Of a DNA stretch of 52,971 nucleotides, positions 8,352 to 17,403 are shown piece after piece. The position numbers and the translations under genes are program-made. Origin of the DNA: Candidatus Micrarchaeota archaeon. GTDB lineage: Archaea; Micrarchaeota; Micrarchaeia; Micrarchaeales; CABMGC01. The stretch is taken from assembly GCA_964640735.1 (NCBI GenBank), contig CAZXIK010000001.1, positions 1 through 52,971 of the forward strand. Direction: 5' to 3'. How positions within the stretch are numbered: the first letter of the stretch is position 1; every line of letters begins with the position of its first letter. The notes under the pieces were generated by a model. It was not told the origin of the DNA. It saw only the letters and a program-made list of their open reading frames with translations, and did not search any database.

Positions 8352-8467
8352 TGTTAACAATCCTCCCGCTTCCATTCTTGTTTTATTCCGAAATAGCGAG
8401 CATAGCTATTTGCGCGGGAATGCTTAAAAATGCTGTCTGGGACTGCCGCTGAAACGGTTTCAGAAAG

Positions 8468-9247
8468 CTAGTTCTTGACCTTGCTGCTTCCATTAGGCGA
8501 AAGCAAGCCCAGAATCTGGGGGAACTTTTGGACAGTGTGGTATCCCAGCCTTTCGAGCTCGTCTTTCTGCTCGGGCTTGAGGTTTTCGAACGCCCACGTT
8601 TCGATAGGCACGTGTATCGCGCTTATTCCTGCAACCCTTGCGGGATAAATGTCGCTTTTGAGGCTGTTGCCAACCATCGTGGTGGCATTTGGGTCTAGGC
8701 TGAATTTTTCAATGGTTTCGTGATAGCTGGCAACGGTCTTCATGCCGACTATCTCAATCCCGTCAAACAGTTTTTGCAGGCCTAGGCTTTCGACCTTCTT
8801 TGTTTGGACTTCTACATCTCCTGCGGTCAGAACTACGATCACGAAGCCTGCAGACTTGAGCTCTTCGAGCGTCTCCTTGACTCCTGGATACAACTCCCAC
8901 GGCCCCTCGAAGACCTCGTTCCCTATGCTGAAGAATTTTTGGCTTATCTCGGGATCAGGTCTGATCCCCTTCTCCTCGCACAGTGCGCCATAGGTGTCGA
9001 CCATGGAAGTCGGGAATCTTTTTGCGGAAAACCCGAATTTGTGCACACTTTGAAGGTCTATCTCCTTCATCTTTTCCAAAGCGTGCCCTGAATCGAAGCC
9101 GAGTTCACTGAAGAGGGCTTGCATTTTCTTGTACGCTTCGTCATACATGTACGTGTTAGGAAATAGCGTATCATCTGCGTCGAACAGTATGCCCGGTTTG
9201 GGTGCAGAGTCTCTAGCCATGTTTTTCAGTTCCCCCATGGAGAGCAT
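8468..9247 (-). CDS. HAD-superfamily hydrolase
   Basis: Motif I is ILFDADDTLF. Downstream motifs are VVLTAG (T/S) and VGNSLKSD (K...D). Confidence 0.7.
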   Translation of the reverse strand: MLSMGELKNMARDSAPKPGILFDADDTLFPNTYMYDEAYKKMQALFSELGFDSGHALEKMKEIDLQSVHKFGFSAKRFPTSMVDTYGALCEEKGIRPDPEISQKFFSIGNEVFEGPWELYPGVKETLEELKSAGFVIVVLTAGDVEVQTKKVESLGLQKLFDGIEIVGMKTVASYHETIEKFSLDPNATTMVGNSLKSDIYPARVAGISAIHVPIETWAFENLKPEQKDELERLGYHTVQKFPQILGLLSPNGSSKVKN

Positions 9248-9438
9248 GGGATTTTCAGGTATTTAATGTTTGACTTTATATTAAGCAACCCTTAAAGCGG
9301 CGATACTTCACACTTCTGCGCGCCTGACATCGTGGCGCGCCGCAATGGCGCCGGCATGAAAGAACAGCGGGACTGTTTCATCCCCATGCGCAAGCGCGGG
9401 CGATTTCGCAAGCTAACAGAGGCATTAAATGCTTTGGC

Positions 9439-10665
9439 ATGCTTCAAATAAACCAGGGATATTTCTCAAAAGGGCGAGATATGGAAGAGAGCTCCAACCC
9501 GCTTGTCCATAGGCTGGGTTTAGACTGGCTTGACTACAAGGTGCCCGCTTACTCGAATGCCCTTCCCTACATGCTCGGCGGGATAACTCTCTTCGGATTC
9601 ATCATAATGGCCATCACCGGGATATACCTCGCTTTGTTCTACATACCGGAGACACCGGCGGCCTACCAGACGGTGGTGAATATAGTGACAGGCGTGCCTT
9701 TCGGTGACTTCGCGAGAAGCCTGCACTTCTGGACCGCAAATCTCATGATTTTGACGATAGCGTTGCACCTCGCCCGCACATTTTTCTATGGCAGCTACAA
9801 GCGACCGCGGGAGCTTACGTGGCTAACAGGCGTCGGCCTCCTGGCAGTGATTTTTTCATTCATTTTCCTGGGAACCGTTCTGAGGTGGGACCAGGAAGGG
9901 GTAGAAGCTTTCGGCCACCTCCAGGAAATGGCGGAGCTGCTCGGCATACAAATATCTACGACAACCTTTGGCGTTTCGATACTCGCCCAGTTTTTTGTGA
10001 TGCACACGATGATCCTTTCAGTCCTCTTCCTTCTGCTCCTTTCAGTGCACGTTCTCCTGATAAAGAGGTACGGGATCTCCCCGTATCCGTATAAGGAGGC
10101 AAAGATTGCCGTTACGGCCGGCAAAGGAAGTTCGCATTTCCTTGCACACATGCGCAGGCTGTCCGGGTTCGGTCTTCTCTTCTTCTTCCTTTCAGGCACG
10201 CTGGCATTGGCATTCCCCGCTCCCCTCGGAAGCCAGGGAGTAGCCGGGGCCGAGGTGACAAAACCGCTGTGGATGTTTTATCCGCTGTATGCGGTGGAGA
10301 ACTTCTTCGGCGTTTCGGGAATGCTGTGGTCGCTCATATTATTCTTCTCCCTGCTTGCCGTAATCCCTTTCATAGACAGAAGCCCCTACGTCTCCTGGGA
10401 GAAGAGGAAGCCCATAGTCTTTTTGGGCGTGCTTGTCCTGATTGTGATCATAGGCCTGGGCGCCTATACCGCTCTTACGGGGACGGTATCGCACCTCATG
10501 GCGGATAAGAACGCAACCTCTGCTGTGGGCAGCATGAACGAGAGCATGAATGCGAGCGCCGCTCCGTTGAATCTCTCCAGAGCCTATACCCAGCAAGAAA
10601 CGCCAATTATTGCCATAGTGCTGTTGATTGCACTTGCTCTCGGAATTTATCTAGCCAGGAAATGA
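9439..10665 (+). CDS. Cytochrome b (bc-complex type, fused N- and C-terminal domains)
   Basis: The protein is polytopic. The cytochrome b N-terminal pattern is LGGITLFGFIIMAITGIYLALFY...RSLHFWTANLMILTIALHLARTFFYGSYKRPRELTWLTGV...LRWDQ. His pairs are spaced as expected for heme ligation. Confidence 0.75.
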   Translation: MLQINQGYFSKGRDMEESSNPLVHRLGLDWLDYKVPAYSNALPYMLGGITLFGFIIMAITGIYLALFYIPETPAAYQTVVNIVTGVPFGDFARSLHFWTANLMILTIALHLARTFFYGSYKRPRELTWLTGVGLLAVIFSFIFLGTVLRWDQEGVEAFGHLQEMAELLGIQISTTTFGVSILAQFFVMHTMILSVLFLLLLSVHVLLIKRYGISPYPYKEAKIAVTAGKGSSHFLAHMRRLSGFGLLFFFLSGTLALAFPAPLGSQGVAGAEVTKPLWMFYPLYAVENFFGVSGMLWSLILFFSLLAVIPFIDRSPYVSWEKRKPIVFLGVLVLIVIIGLGAYTALTGTVSHLMADKNATSAVGSMNESMNASAAPLNLSRAYTQQETPIIAIVLLIALALGIYLARK

Positions 10666-10755
10666 CGGGGCCGTCCGTAACGCCATAATAAAAGAGTGAT
10701 GCGATAAATTCAGACTGCGGCAGGGATTCGGGGGATTGACATAGCGCAAAAGTCC

Positions 10756-12456
10756 GTGGGATGCGACGTTTTGATAATAGGCGCTGGAGGCGCAGGCCTG
10801 CGCGCGGCGATAGCGGCAAGCGATGCCGGTGCAAGAGTCGTGATTGCTTCCAAAACGCTGCTCGGGAAGGCACATACCGTGATGGCCGAAGGGGGAATTG
10901 CGGCGTCGGTTGCGAACGTTGACAGCAAGGACAACTGGGAAGTGCACTTCTCAGACACGATAGTCGAAGGCGCATATCTTTCCAACTGGCGTATGGCCGA
11001 GATACTGGCGAAAGAGGCGCCGGAGCGCGTGTACGAACTCGAGAGGTACGGCGCGCTTTTCGACAGGACCACGGATGGGAGGATAATGCAGAGGGCGTTC
11101 GGAGGCCACACCTACAGGAGGCTCTGCCACGTGGGCGACAGGATAGGCTTGGAGCTTCTCAGGACCCTCGAAGACCAGATTCTCCACAGGAACACAATCG
11201 AGATGCTTGATGAAACATATGTTACCAAGATATTTTACAGTGGCAGGCAGGTAGGTGGAGCCATCGGGCTGCGGCTGCGCACCGGCGATTTTGTTGCAAT
11301 AAAGGCAAAGGCGATAATAATCGCGACCGGCGGATGCGGAAGGGTGTACAAGGTGACTTCCAATTCGTGGGAGTGCACAGCAGACGGATTGGAGCTCGCC
11401 TACAACTCCGGCGCGGAGCTGATGGACATGGAGATGATACAGTTCCATCCCACAGGCATGGTGTATCCTGATGGAGCGCGGGGTCTTTTGGTGACCGAAG
11501 GAGTGAGGGGAGAGGGAGGAATACTTCTCAATAGCAAGAGAGAGCGTTTCATGGAGAAGTACGACCGGAAGAGGATGGAGCTGTCCACAAGGGACGTGGT
11601 CTCGAGGGCGATCTACAACGAGATAGAGGAGGGGCGAGGCACAGTGAACGGAGGCGTGTACCTTGACATATCGCACCTCGGCGCCGACATCATAAAGCGT
11701 AAGCTGCCCGCCATGTACGAGCAGTTCAAACATTTTGCCGATTTTGACATAACAAAAGAACCGATGGAGGTCGCTCCAACGGTGCACTACCAGATAGGCG
11801 GGGTCAGGGTGGATCCGGAAACCACGGCCACAAGTATCTCAGGCCTGTACGCTGCCGGAGAAGTTGCAGGGGGCCTGCACGGGGCGAACAGGCTCGGGGG
11901 AAACTCGCTCGCCGATATACTCGTTTTTGGCAAGCGGGCAGGGGAAGCGGCAGCCAGACATGCGCTTGGGCGAAGATACCCGGACATTGATGACGGGGAG
12001 TTTTCCAAAGAGACAGGGAGGGTATTGGCGCTCCTTGGCTCTGAAGGCGAGAACCCGAATGCGCTGATAGAGGAGCTGCGGGAATGCATGAAGAGGAACG
12101 TCGGGATAGTTAGGAACGGCAAAGGCTTGAAATTGGCGCTGCAGGAAGTGGAGAGGCTGAAGTTGAGGAGGAAGAAAGTACGCATAAACGGAAATCTGAA
12201 GTTCAACACTGGGCTCATGTCTGCGCTGGAACTCGGGAGCATGCTCGTTGCAAGCGAAGCGATAATAAGGAGCGCGATTGAGAGGAAGGAGTGCAGGGGT
12301 GCGCACTGGCGAAGCGATTACCCAGGGAAGAGAAGGGAGTGGCACGTCAACATAGTCTGCCGGAAGGGAAGGAAAGGCATGATGCTCAGGACGGTGCCCG
12401 TTCCAGAACTGCCCGAGAGGCTGAGGCATCTTGTCAAGCCGGAGGTGTACGGGTGA
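10756..12456 (+). CDS. sdhA: Succinate dehydrogenase/fumarate reductase flavoprotein subunit
   Basis: GTG start. Motifs: DVLIIGAGGAGLRAA (FAD), HTVMAEGG, HPTG, HYQIGG, RLGGNSL, RGAHWR. Confidence 0.92.
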   Translation: MGCDVLIIGAGGAGLRAAIAASDAGARVVIASKTLLGKAHTVMAEGGIAASVANVDSKDNWEVHFSDTIVEGAYLSNWRMAEILAKEAPERVYELERYGALFDRTTDGRIMQRAFGGHTYRRLCHVGDRIGLELLRTLEDQILHRNTIEMLDETYVTKIFYSGRQVGGAIGLRLRTGDFVAIKAKAIIIATGGCGRVYKVTSNSWECTADGLELAYNSGAELMDMEMIQFHPTGMVYPDGARGLLVTEGVRGEGGILLNSKRERFMEKYDRKRMELSTRDVVSRAIYNEIEEGRGTVNGGVYLDISHLGADIIKRKLPAMYEQFKHFADFDITKEPMEVAPTVHYQIGGVRVDPETTATSISGLYAAGEVAGGLHGANRLGGNSLADILVFGKRAGEAAARHALGRRYPDIDDGEFSKETGRVLALLGSEGENPNALIEELRECMKRNVGIVRNGKGLKLALQEVERLKLRRKKVRINGNLKFNTGLMSALELGSMLVASEAIIRSAIERKECRGAHWRSDYPGKRREWHVNIVCRKGRKGMMLRTVPVPELPERLRHLVKPEVYG

Positions 12457-13208
12457 AGAAGGTAAGGCTGAGCATATTCAGGTATGACCCGGAATCGGGG
12501 GAGGCGCCGCGCTTCAAGGATTACGAGGTACCGGTGAAGAAAGGAATGATGGTGCTAGACGCAGTGCGGTACGTCGCCGAGAACGTGGATACTTCGCTGT
12601 CGGTGAGGTGGAACTGCAAAGCTGCACGGTGCGGATCCTGTTCAGCGGAGATCAACAACATCCCGAGGCTTATGTGCAGGACTAGAATAGACGCGCTTGA
12701 GGGCACTGTGAAGGTCGCACCGATAAGGGCCTACCCTGTGGTAAAGGACTTGGTCACTGACGTGTCTGCCAACTATGAGGTTGCAAAAAGAATACCGCCT
12801 TTCACTCCGATGAAGGGGCTGAAGAAGCCGTGGCGCATGCAGCAGGCGGACGTGGAACGCTCGAAGGAGTTCAGGCGCTGCATAGAATGCTTCCTTTGCC
12901 AAGATGTCTGCCATGTGATAAGGGAGCACAAGACAGACTACCTAGGCCCGAGGCACGTGGTGAAGGTCGCGTCGCTGGACATGCATCCGCTTGACAACCT
13001 CGACAGATCGAAGTTCCTCAGCAAGAAGGGAGGGCTAGGCTACTGCAACATAACAAAGTGCTGCCAGCAGGTGTGCCCTGAGGAGATAAGGATAACGGAC
13101 AACGCAATAATACCCGAGAAGGAGAGGGCCACGGACTCTGAATACGACCCCCTGATGCGGCTCGCTGATTGGCTGAAGGGAAAGAAGGCGAAGCGAAATG
13201 AAGGATGA
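12453..13208 (+). CDS. sdhB: Succinate dehydrogenase/fumarate reductase iron-sulfur subunit
   Basis: The GTG at 12453 overlaps the sdhA stop (GTGA). Upstream of that point the long ORF (from 12291) is only the alternate frame of sdhA. Cys clusters: CGSCSAEIN..C, CIECFLCQDVC, CCQQVCP. Confidence 0.9.
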   Translation: MKKVRLSIFRYDPESGEAPRFKDYEVPVKKGMMVLDAVRYVAENVDTSLSVRWNCKAARCGSCSAEINNIPRLMCRTRIDALEGTVKVAPIRAYPVVKDLVTDVSANYEVAKRIPPFTPMKGLKKPWRMQQADVERSKEFRRCIECFLCQDVCHVIREHKTDYLGPRHVVKVASLDMHPLDNLDRSKFLSKKGGLGYCNITKCCQQVCPEEIRITDNAIIPEKERATDSEYDPLMRLADWLKGKKAKRNEG

Positions 13209-13920
13209 CACAAAGAAAGCGGCTCATCTGATTCCTCCGGAATTCCTCGAGCCTAACTGGAGGCTCTGGTCATTCGTGCTGCTGATCATGTTGGGGATAG
13301 CCGCATTGCTGCAATTCCCACTTGCCCCGTTTCAGGGCTATTCGGATCCTTTCTATTCGCCTACCGTGCTCGTGCTTCCGCTGGCCGGCGGCTTCAGGAT
13401 CACCTGCTATGCCTTCAGGAGATACTACCACAGGTACATCTTCAACCACCCCGAGAGCTGCGCGTTAAACGAGAGAGGAGATGCGAAGGGACGCGGATAT
13501 TCGGGCGAAACCGGATTTTTCAGGATAGAAAACCTGCACAGGTACTTTGTCTACGCTGCGATACTGATACTGCCATTCTTCTTCTACGATTTCTGGACTT
13601 CGGTCACGTACACAGGCATATTCACTCTCAGGTTCGGAAGCCTCGTGCTGCTGGCAGACGCCCTCCTGCTTACCGCTTATGTTTTCTCATGCCATTCGGT
13701 GAGGCACCTCACGGGGGGCAACGTCGACTGCTACAGTTGCGTCTTCGCCCCTAAGCAGAGGCGCCGGTGGTACGGGCTGCAAAGCTACTTCAACTCGCAC
13801 CACGAGTTTCTGGCGTGGTCCAGTTTGGTCCTCATAATATTCGTCGACCTCTACCTGCGTGCGGTCGCCGCGGGCTGGCCCATCGATTTCACCCTGTTTG
13901 CGTTGCGCGCGGTGGCCTAG
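13198..13920 (+). CDS. Putative succinate dehydrogenase membrane anchor (cytochrome b558-like, about 5 TM)
   Basis: It lies immediately downstream of sdhB and overlaps it. The product is a polytopic membrane protein with conserved-looking His in TM segments (YHRY, LHRYF, CHSVRHL, SHHEF). The assignment is by context and topology only. Confidence 0.45.
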   Translation: MKDDTKKAAHLIPPEFLEPNWRLWSFVLLIMLGIAALLQFPLAPFQGYSDPFYSPTVLVLPLAGGFRITCYAFRRYYHRYIFNHPESCALNERGDAKGRGYSGETGFFRIENLHRYFVYAAILILPFFFYDFWTSVTYTGIFTLRFGSLVLLADALLLTAYVFSCHSVRHLTGGNVDCYSCVFAPKQRRRWYGLQSYFNSHHEFLAWSSLVLIIFVDLYLRAVAAGWPIDFTLFALRAVA

Positions 13921-13921
13921 A

Positions 13922-14101
13922 ATGCTGACTCTCCGTCCAAAATTCAGGTATCCTGTGTTCTTCACGGGAATATTGCTGATGGAAATCTCGGGCTTCCTGC
14001 TCAGGTACGCGCATCTTCAGGCAGCTTATTCCGAGCTGCTTGTGATCCTGGGCTTCCTGATTCTGCTGGCTTCGCTGCTGCTGCCCGGCCCTAAGGTTTG
14101 A
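13922..14101 (+). CDS. Small 2-TM membrane protein (59 aa); possible accessory or anchor subunit
   Basis: ATG 13922 lies 2 nt after the previous stop. The product is hydrophobic: FFTGILLMEISGFLL, LVILGFLILLASLLL. Confidence 0.3.
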   Translation: MLTLRPKFRYPVFFTGILLMEISGFLLRYAHLQAAYSELLVILGFLILLASLLLPGPKV

Positions 14102-14410
14102 AGGAAGAGACTGTCCTGTTTAATGATTCCATTGCGGGCAGGCTGAAAGAGGCTTTCCGTGAAGGGCGGAAGCGGGTGCCGTGCCTGCTCCTGGCCAGAA
14201 ACAGAGAGATCGATCGGCAATTTCGATGCAGGGCCGTCGACTCCATGTCGGGTTCGCCGAAACATGCGCAGTCTTGAATGAGACCGTCGCGAATGCGAAC
14301 ATCAATCCCCGAAAGCTTGACAGGAGGGGAGGGAAAGCGATATCCACGGCATGCGATGATGCTGACAAGGAACTTATTTATTTTTGTCATCCGCATTAAA
14401 CCTGTCAAGC

Positions 14411-15151
14411 ATGACCGATTATGCTATAGCTGAGAGGAAATATGCCATAAGCGAGAAGACAGACGAGACGAACGAGGTGCTCGTTATCGGCATGCGGCCC
14501 GAGGGCGGGCTTCCGAATCCGTTCGACCCGGGCATGTTCATGATGGTTTCGGGGATAGACAAGCAGACGGGAGAAAAGCATATCGGCAGGGCGCTTTCAA
14601 TCGCGTCCGATCCCTCCTCGCCTGAAATCCAGTTTTTCGTCATAAAGAACCCGACGCACGGGGAGCACATAGGCAGATCCCATTTCTGCGATGCTGAGAT
14701 CGGCGACCCGTTTGTATTGAGAGGGCCCAGCGGACAGTTCAGGTTTGATCCGGCCAGGGATGGCAAGGTGCTTTTCATAGCAGGGGGCACAGGCGTGGCT
14801 CCGTTCATGTCGATGCTCAGGCACATGCAAATGCTTGGCGCCAAGACAGATGCGATAATGATCTACAGCGTCAAGTACCCTGGCGAGATAATCAAGAAGC
14901 TGGAAATCGGGGAGCTCGAGAAGATACTGAACCTCAAAGTCACGGTGACCGTGACGCGACCGGCGCCTGGAGACGGGTGGACGGGACAGACGGGCCACGT
15001 CGATGCGGCAATGGTGCAAAAACATGCCCCTGACTTCCAGGAAAGGATGAGCTATGTGTGCGGCCCCCTGCCTTTTGTCAAGGCGGTGAAGGACGCGCTT
15101 GCCGAGCTGAATGTCCCGCAGAACAGGGTCAGCGCCGACGTGTGGGGCTAG
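14411..15151 (+). CDS. FAD/NAD(P)-binding oxidoreductase (ferredoxin-NADP reductase-like fold)
   Basis: GRALSIAS (RxYS-like FAD motif), LRGPSG, IAGGTGVAPF (NAD(P) motif) and YVCGP. The start is taken at MTDYAI; the ORF track starts at 14384. Confidence 0.7.
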   Translation: MTDYAIAERKYAISEKTDETNEVLVIGMRPEGGLPNPFDPGMFMMVSGIDKQTGEKHIGRALSIASDPSSPEIQFFVIKNPTHGEHIGRSHFCDAEIGDPFVLRGPSGQFRFDPARDGKVLFIAGGTGVAPFMSMLRHMQMLGAKTDAIMIYSVKYPGEIIKKLEIGELEKILNLKVTVTVTRPAPGDGWTGQTGHVDAAMVQKHAPDFQERMSYVCGPLPFVKAVKDALAELNVPQNRVSADVWG

Positions 15152-15153
15152 GT

Positions 15154-15342
15154 TCAGGAGACTATCTCAAACTCGATCTCGAATTCCTCGTCGTCTGGAA
15201 GTTCTATGCCATACTGCTCTTTTATCTTCTCTTTTGCCGCCTTCGCAAAGTTTTCCAGCGTGGACTTTTCATCGGCCTCTATCTCCACGGAATAGGTCGA
15301 TGCTTTGGCTTTGATGCTTACCCTGAATTTCTTTAGAGGCAT
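15154..15342 (-). CDS. Small acidic hypothetical protein (62 aa)
   Basis: ORF 15154..15390, with the start chosen at MPLKKFRV. It lies downstream of the wHTH gene on the same strand. No family recognised. Confidence 0.3.
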   Translation of the reverse strand: MPLKKFRVSIKAKASTYSVEIEADEKSTLENFAKAAKEKIKEQYGIELPDDEEFEIEFEIVS

Positions 15343-15397
15343 GACAAACAAGTCATATAGGGAAAACAGGCAAGGATGAAAAACCAGCAACGTGAGT

Positions 15398-15736
15398 TCA
15401 GACGTTTTTGGGGTTTGAAGAGACGCCCTCCATTACGCCTTCGCATTTCTCGACTAGCTTTATCACGTCCTTCAGCTTCGGGTTAATGCCGTAGCCCAGG
15501 TCGTAGCCCCTCTCGGTCCTTATGTGTGTCGGCTGCAGGACATTGAGGTTCATCGAAAGGTTTCTCAGCGTTATTATCAGGGTCTTCCTCGTGAAGTTTT
15601 TCCCAAGCGTAGCGTAGAGCTCCCTCGTGGTTCTTGGGGATTTTGTCATGAGCAGCTTCAGAACGGCGAAATTAGGTTTGCTCATGAGCTTCCTGAGCAT
15701 CCAGATTCCGTCCTCCCCTCTCTCTCTTCTTGCCAT
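15398..15736 (-). CDS. Winged-helix DNA-binding protein (putative transcriptional regulator)
   Basis: 112 aa. SPRTTRELYATLGKNFTRKTLIITLRNL looks like an HTH recognition segment. It is divergent from the pilus ATPase gene. Confidence 0.45.
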   Translation of the reverse strand: MARRERGEDGIWMLRKLMSKPNFAVLKLLMTKSPRTTRELYATLGKNFTRKTLIITLRNLSMNLNVLQPTHIRTERGYDLGYGINPKLKDVIKLVEKCEGVMEGVSSNPKNV

Positions 15737-15863
15737 ACGTTATATTTGACAACACCAAATTATATAAATGTGATTCGGCCTTACTCCGAGGTAAATTCGT
15801 GCATCTGGGTAAATGCAAATCTAATGCGAAAGCATAATAAGGCGGACTGGCACAGAATACAAT

Positions 15864-17399
15864 ATGTTTTACTTAAGTAAAACTCTATATACTATAATAA
15901 ACAATTTACGACACGGGGAAACTATACAGCCGGCAAAGATACAACCTTCTGGCCTGAGCTTTGCCGTTGACCTGGATGGAAACAGGCAGAATGTGGAGGA
16001 ATGGTCAGGGATGGTCCAGAAGGCGGTCCAGAAGAACGGAAATGCCTATTCCTACGTGGTCGGAAGCGGGATGGGGCGCGTGTCTGCTTCCGAACAGATC
16101 AACGCCGAGCTTGCAAAGGGCAGGGTCATGGAGCTCCTTGCGAGATCCGAGGAAGAGATAAGCCTGGGAATGTTCAACGCGGCGAGGGATGCCTCTTTGG
16201 CCGAACTGCTGCCGAAGATGAGCAACGAGAGGGCGAGATTCCTTTCGTATTTCATCGCCCATGACACCGTCGGCTACGGTCCGATAAGCATCCTGCTGGA
16301 GGACAAGGGAAGAATAGAGGAGATCGAGATAAACTCGCCACGCGAGCCGATAAGCATATTCCACGCAGACTACGGACGCTGCACCACTAACCTCAGATTC
16401 GTTAGCGAGGGGGCTTTCAGGCACAACATAAACAAGTTCGTCTATGATGCGGATAAGGAGCTTGGCGAAGACAGCCCGATAATAGACGCCCAGGTCGAGA
16501 ACGCCAGGATACACGCGCAGATAAAACCGTACGCGCTGAGCGGCGCTGCGGCCTCTATACGGCTCGCCAACAGCAAACTCGTCAGCTTTGACTACCTGAT
16601 CAGAAAAGGGACAACGAACTTCGAAGCGCTCGCCTACCTCTGGCTTGCATTGGACACGGGGATGAACATTGTGATAGCCGGACCTCCGGCGAGCGGCAAG
16701 ACGACAATGATGAGCGCCCTCTTCACCTTCATACCGAAAGTGGAGCGCATAATAACGGTAGAGGAGGACGTCAACGAACTCAGGATAAAGCTGGATATAA
16801 ACAACAGCGTTGGCCTTTACGGCTCGCGGTACGGGAATGGGACCAACACAAGGGAGCAGGTGATAAACTCGCTGAGGATGCGGCCCGACAGGCTGGTGGT
16901 AGGGGAGATAAGGGGCGGGGAGGCTCGGGAGCTCTTCGCTGGCGCAAACCTTGGAATCCCATTCGTAACTACGATGCACAGCAATGAGGGCGGGTTGGAG
17001 ATAGTGAAGAAGCTGATCGTCAAGCCCATGAATGTGGAGACCAGGTCGCTGAGCTCCCTTGACCTGGCGGTCTACATGAGGCAGACCGATCTTTCCAAGC
17101 GGCTTCTTTCCGGAGTCTATGAGTACAAGTGGTTGAGCAGGGCAGAGACGGAAAGGGCGGACGTCACCATAGAGCAAAGCGAGGCAGTAGATATAGCGGA
17201 AGCCGTTTCCGGAGGGAAGCTTGCCAGGGAGATCCTGCCTCACTCGAAAGTCATCTCCGCATACGCAAGCAAGACGGGAGCTTCGCAGAAGGTTGCCCTG
17301 AAAGAGCTCGAGAAGCGGGCGGAGTTCCTGAAAGTGATCTATGAGGGTTGCAAAAGCCCCGGCGAGATGATAGAGAAAACGCAAGGCTACGGATGGTGA
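15864..17399 (+). CDS. Type II/IV secretion-system ATPase (archaeal type IV pilus assembly ATPase, VirB11/FlaI/CpaF family)
   Basis: Walker A is GPPASGKTT. Other motifs are the Asp box/Walker B region VEEDVNEL, RPDRLVVGEIRGGEA and the His box TTMHSN. Confidence 0.88.
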   Translation: MFYLSKTLYTIINNLRHGETIQPAKIQPSGLSFAVDLDGNRQNVEEWSGMVQKAVQKNGNAYSYVVGSGMGRVSASEQINAELAKGRVMELLARSEEEISLGMFNAARDASLAELLPKMSNERARFLSYFIAHDTVGYGPISILLEDKGRIEEIEINSPREPISIFHADYGRCTTNLRFVSEGAFRHNINKFVYDADKELGEDSPIIDAQVENARIHAQIKPYALSGAAASIRLANSKLVSFDYLIRKGTTNFEALAYLWLALDTGMNIVIAGPPASGKTTMMSALFTFIPKVERIITVEEDVNELRIKLDINNSVGLYGSRYGNGTNTREQVINSLRMRPDRLVVGEIRGGEARELFAGANLGIPFVTTMHSNEGGLEIVKKLIVKPMNVETRSLSSLDLAVYMRQTDLSKRLLSGVYEYKWLSRAETERADVTIEQSEAVDIAEAVSGGKLAREILPHSKVISAYASKTGASQKVALKELEKRAEFLKVIYEGCKSPGEMIEKTQGYGW

Positions 17400-17403
17400 G
17401 AGA

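Noticed and set aside
9248-9438. GC-rich intergenic region with GGCGCGCC-type palindromes and a 31-codon ORF upstream of cytochrome b. I considered it as a missing Rieske gene or a riboswitch.
   Set aside because: The ORF is far too short and lacks a CxH/CxxH Rieske motif. I could not see any extended conserved RNA structure by eye. It is most simply a divergent promoter region.
10951-11787. 278 aa minus-strand ORF, plus other long antisense ORFs (11839..12429, 11787..12242)
   Set aside because: They are antisense to sdhA, whose identity is unambiguous. These are shadow ORFs.
12291-12452. The upstream part of the ORF-track sdhB call (starting at 12291)
   Set aside because: This segment is an alternate frame of the sdhA 3' end. 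The conserved SdhB sequence begins at GTG 12453, which overlaps the sdhA stop.
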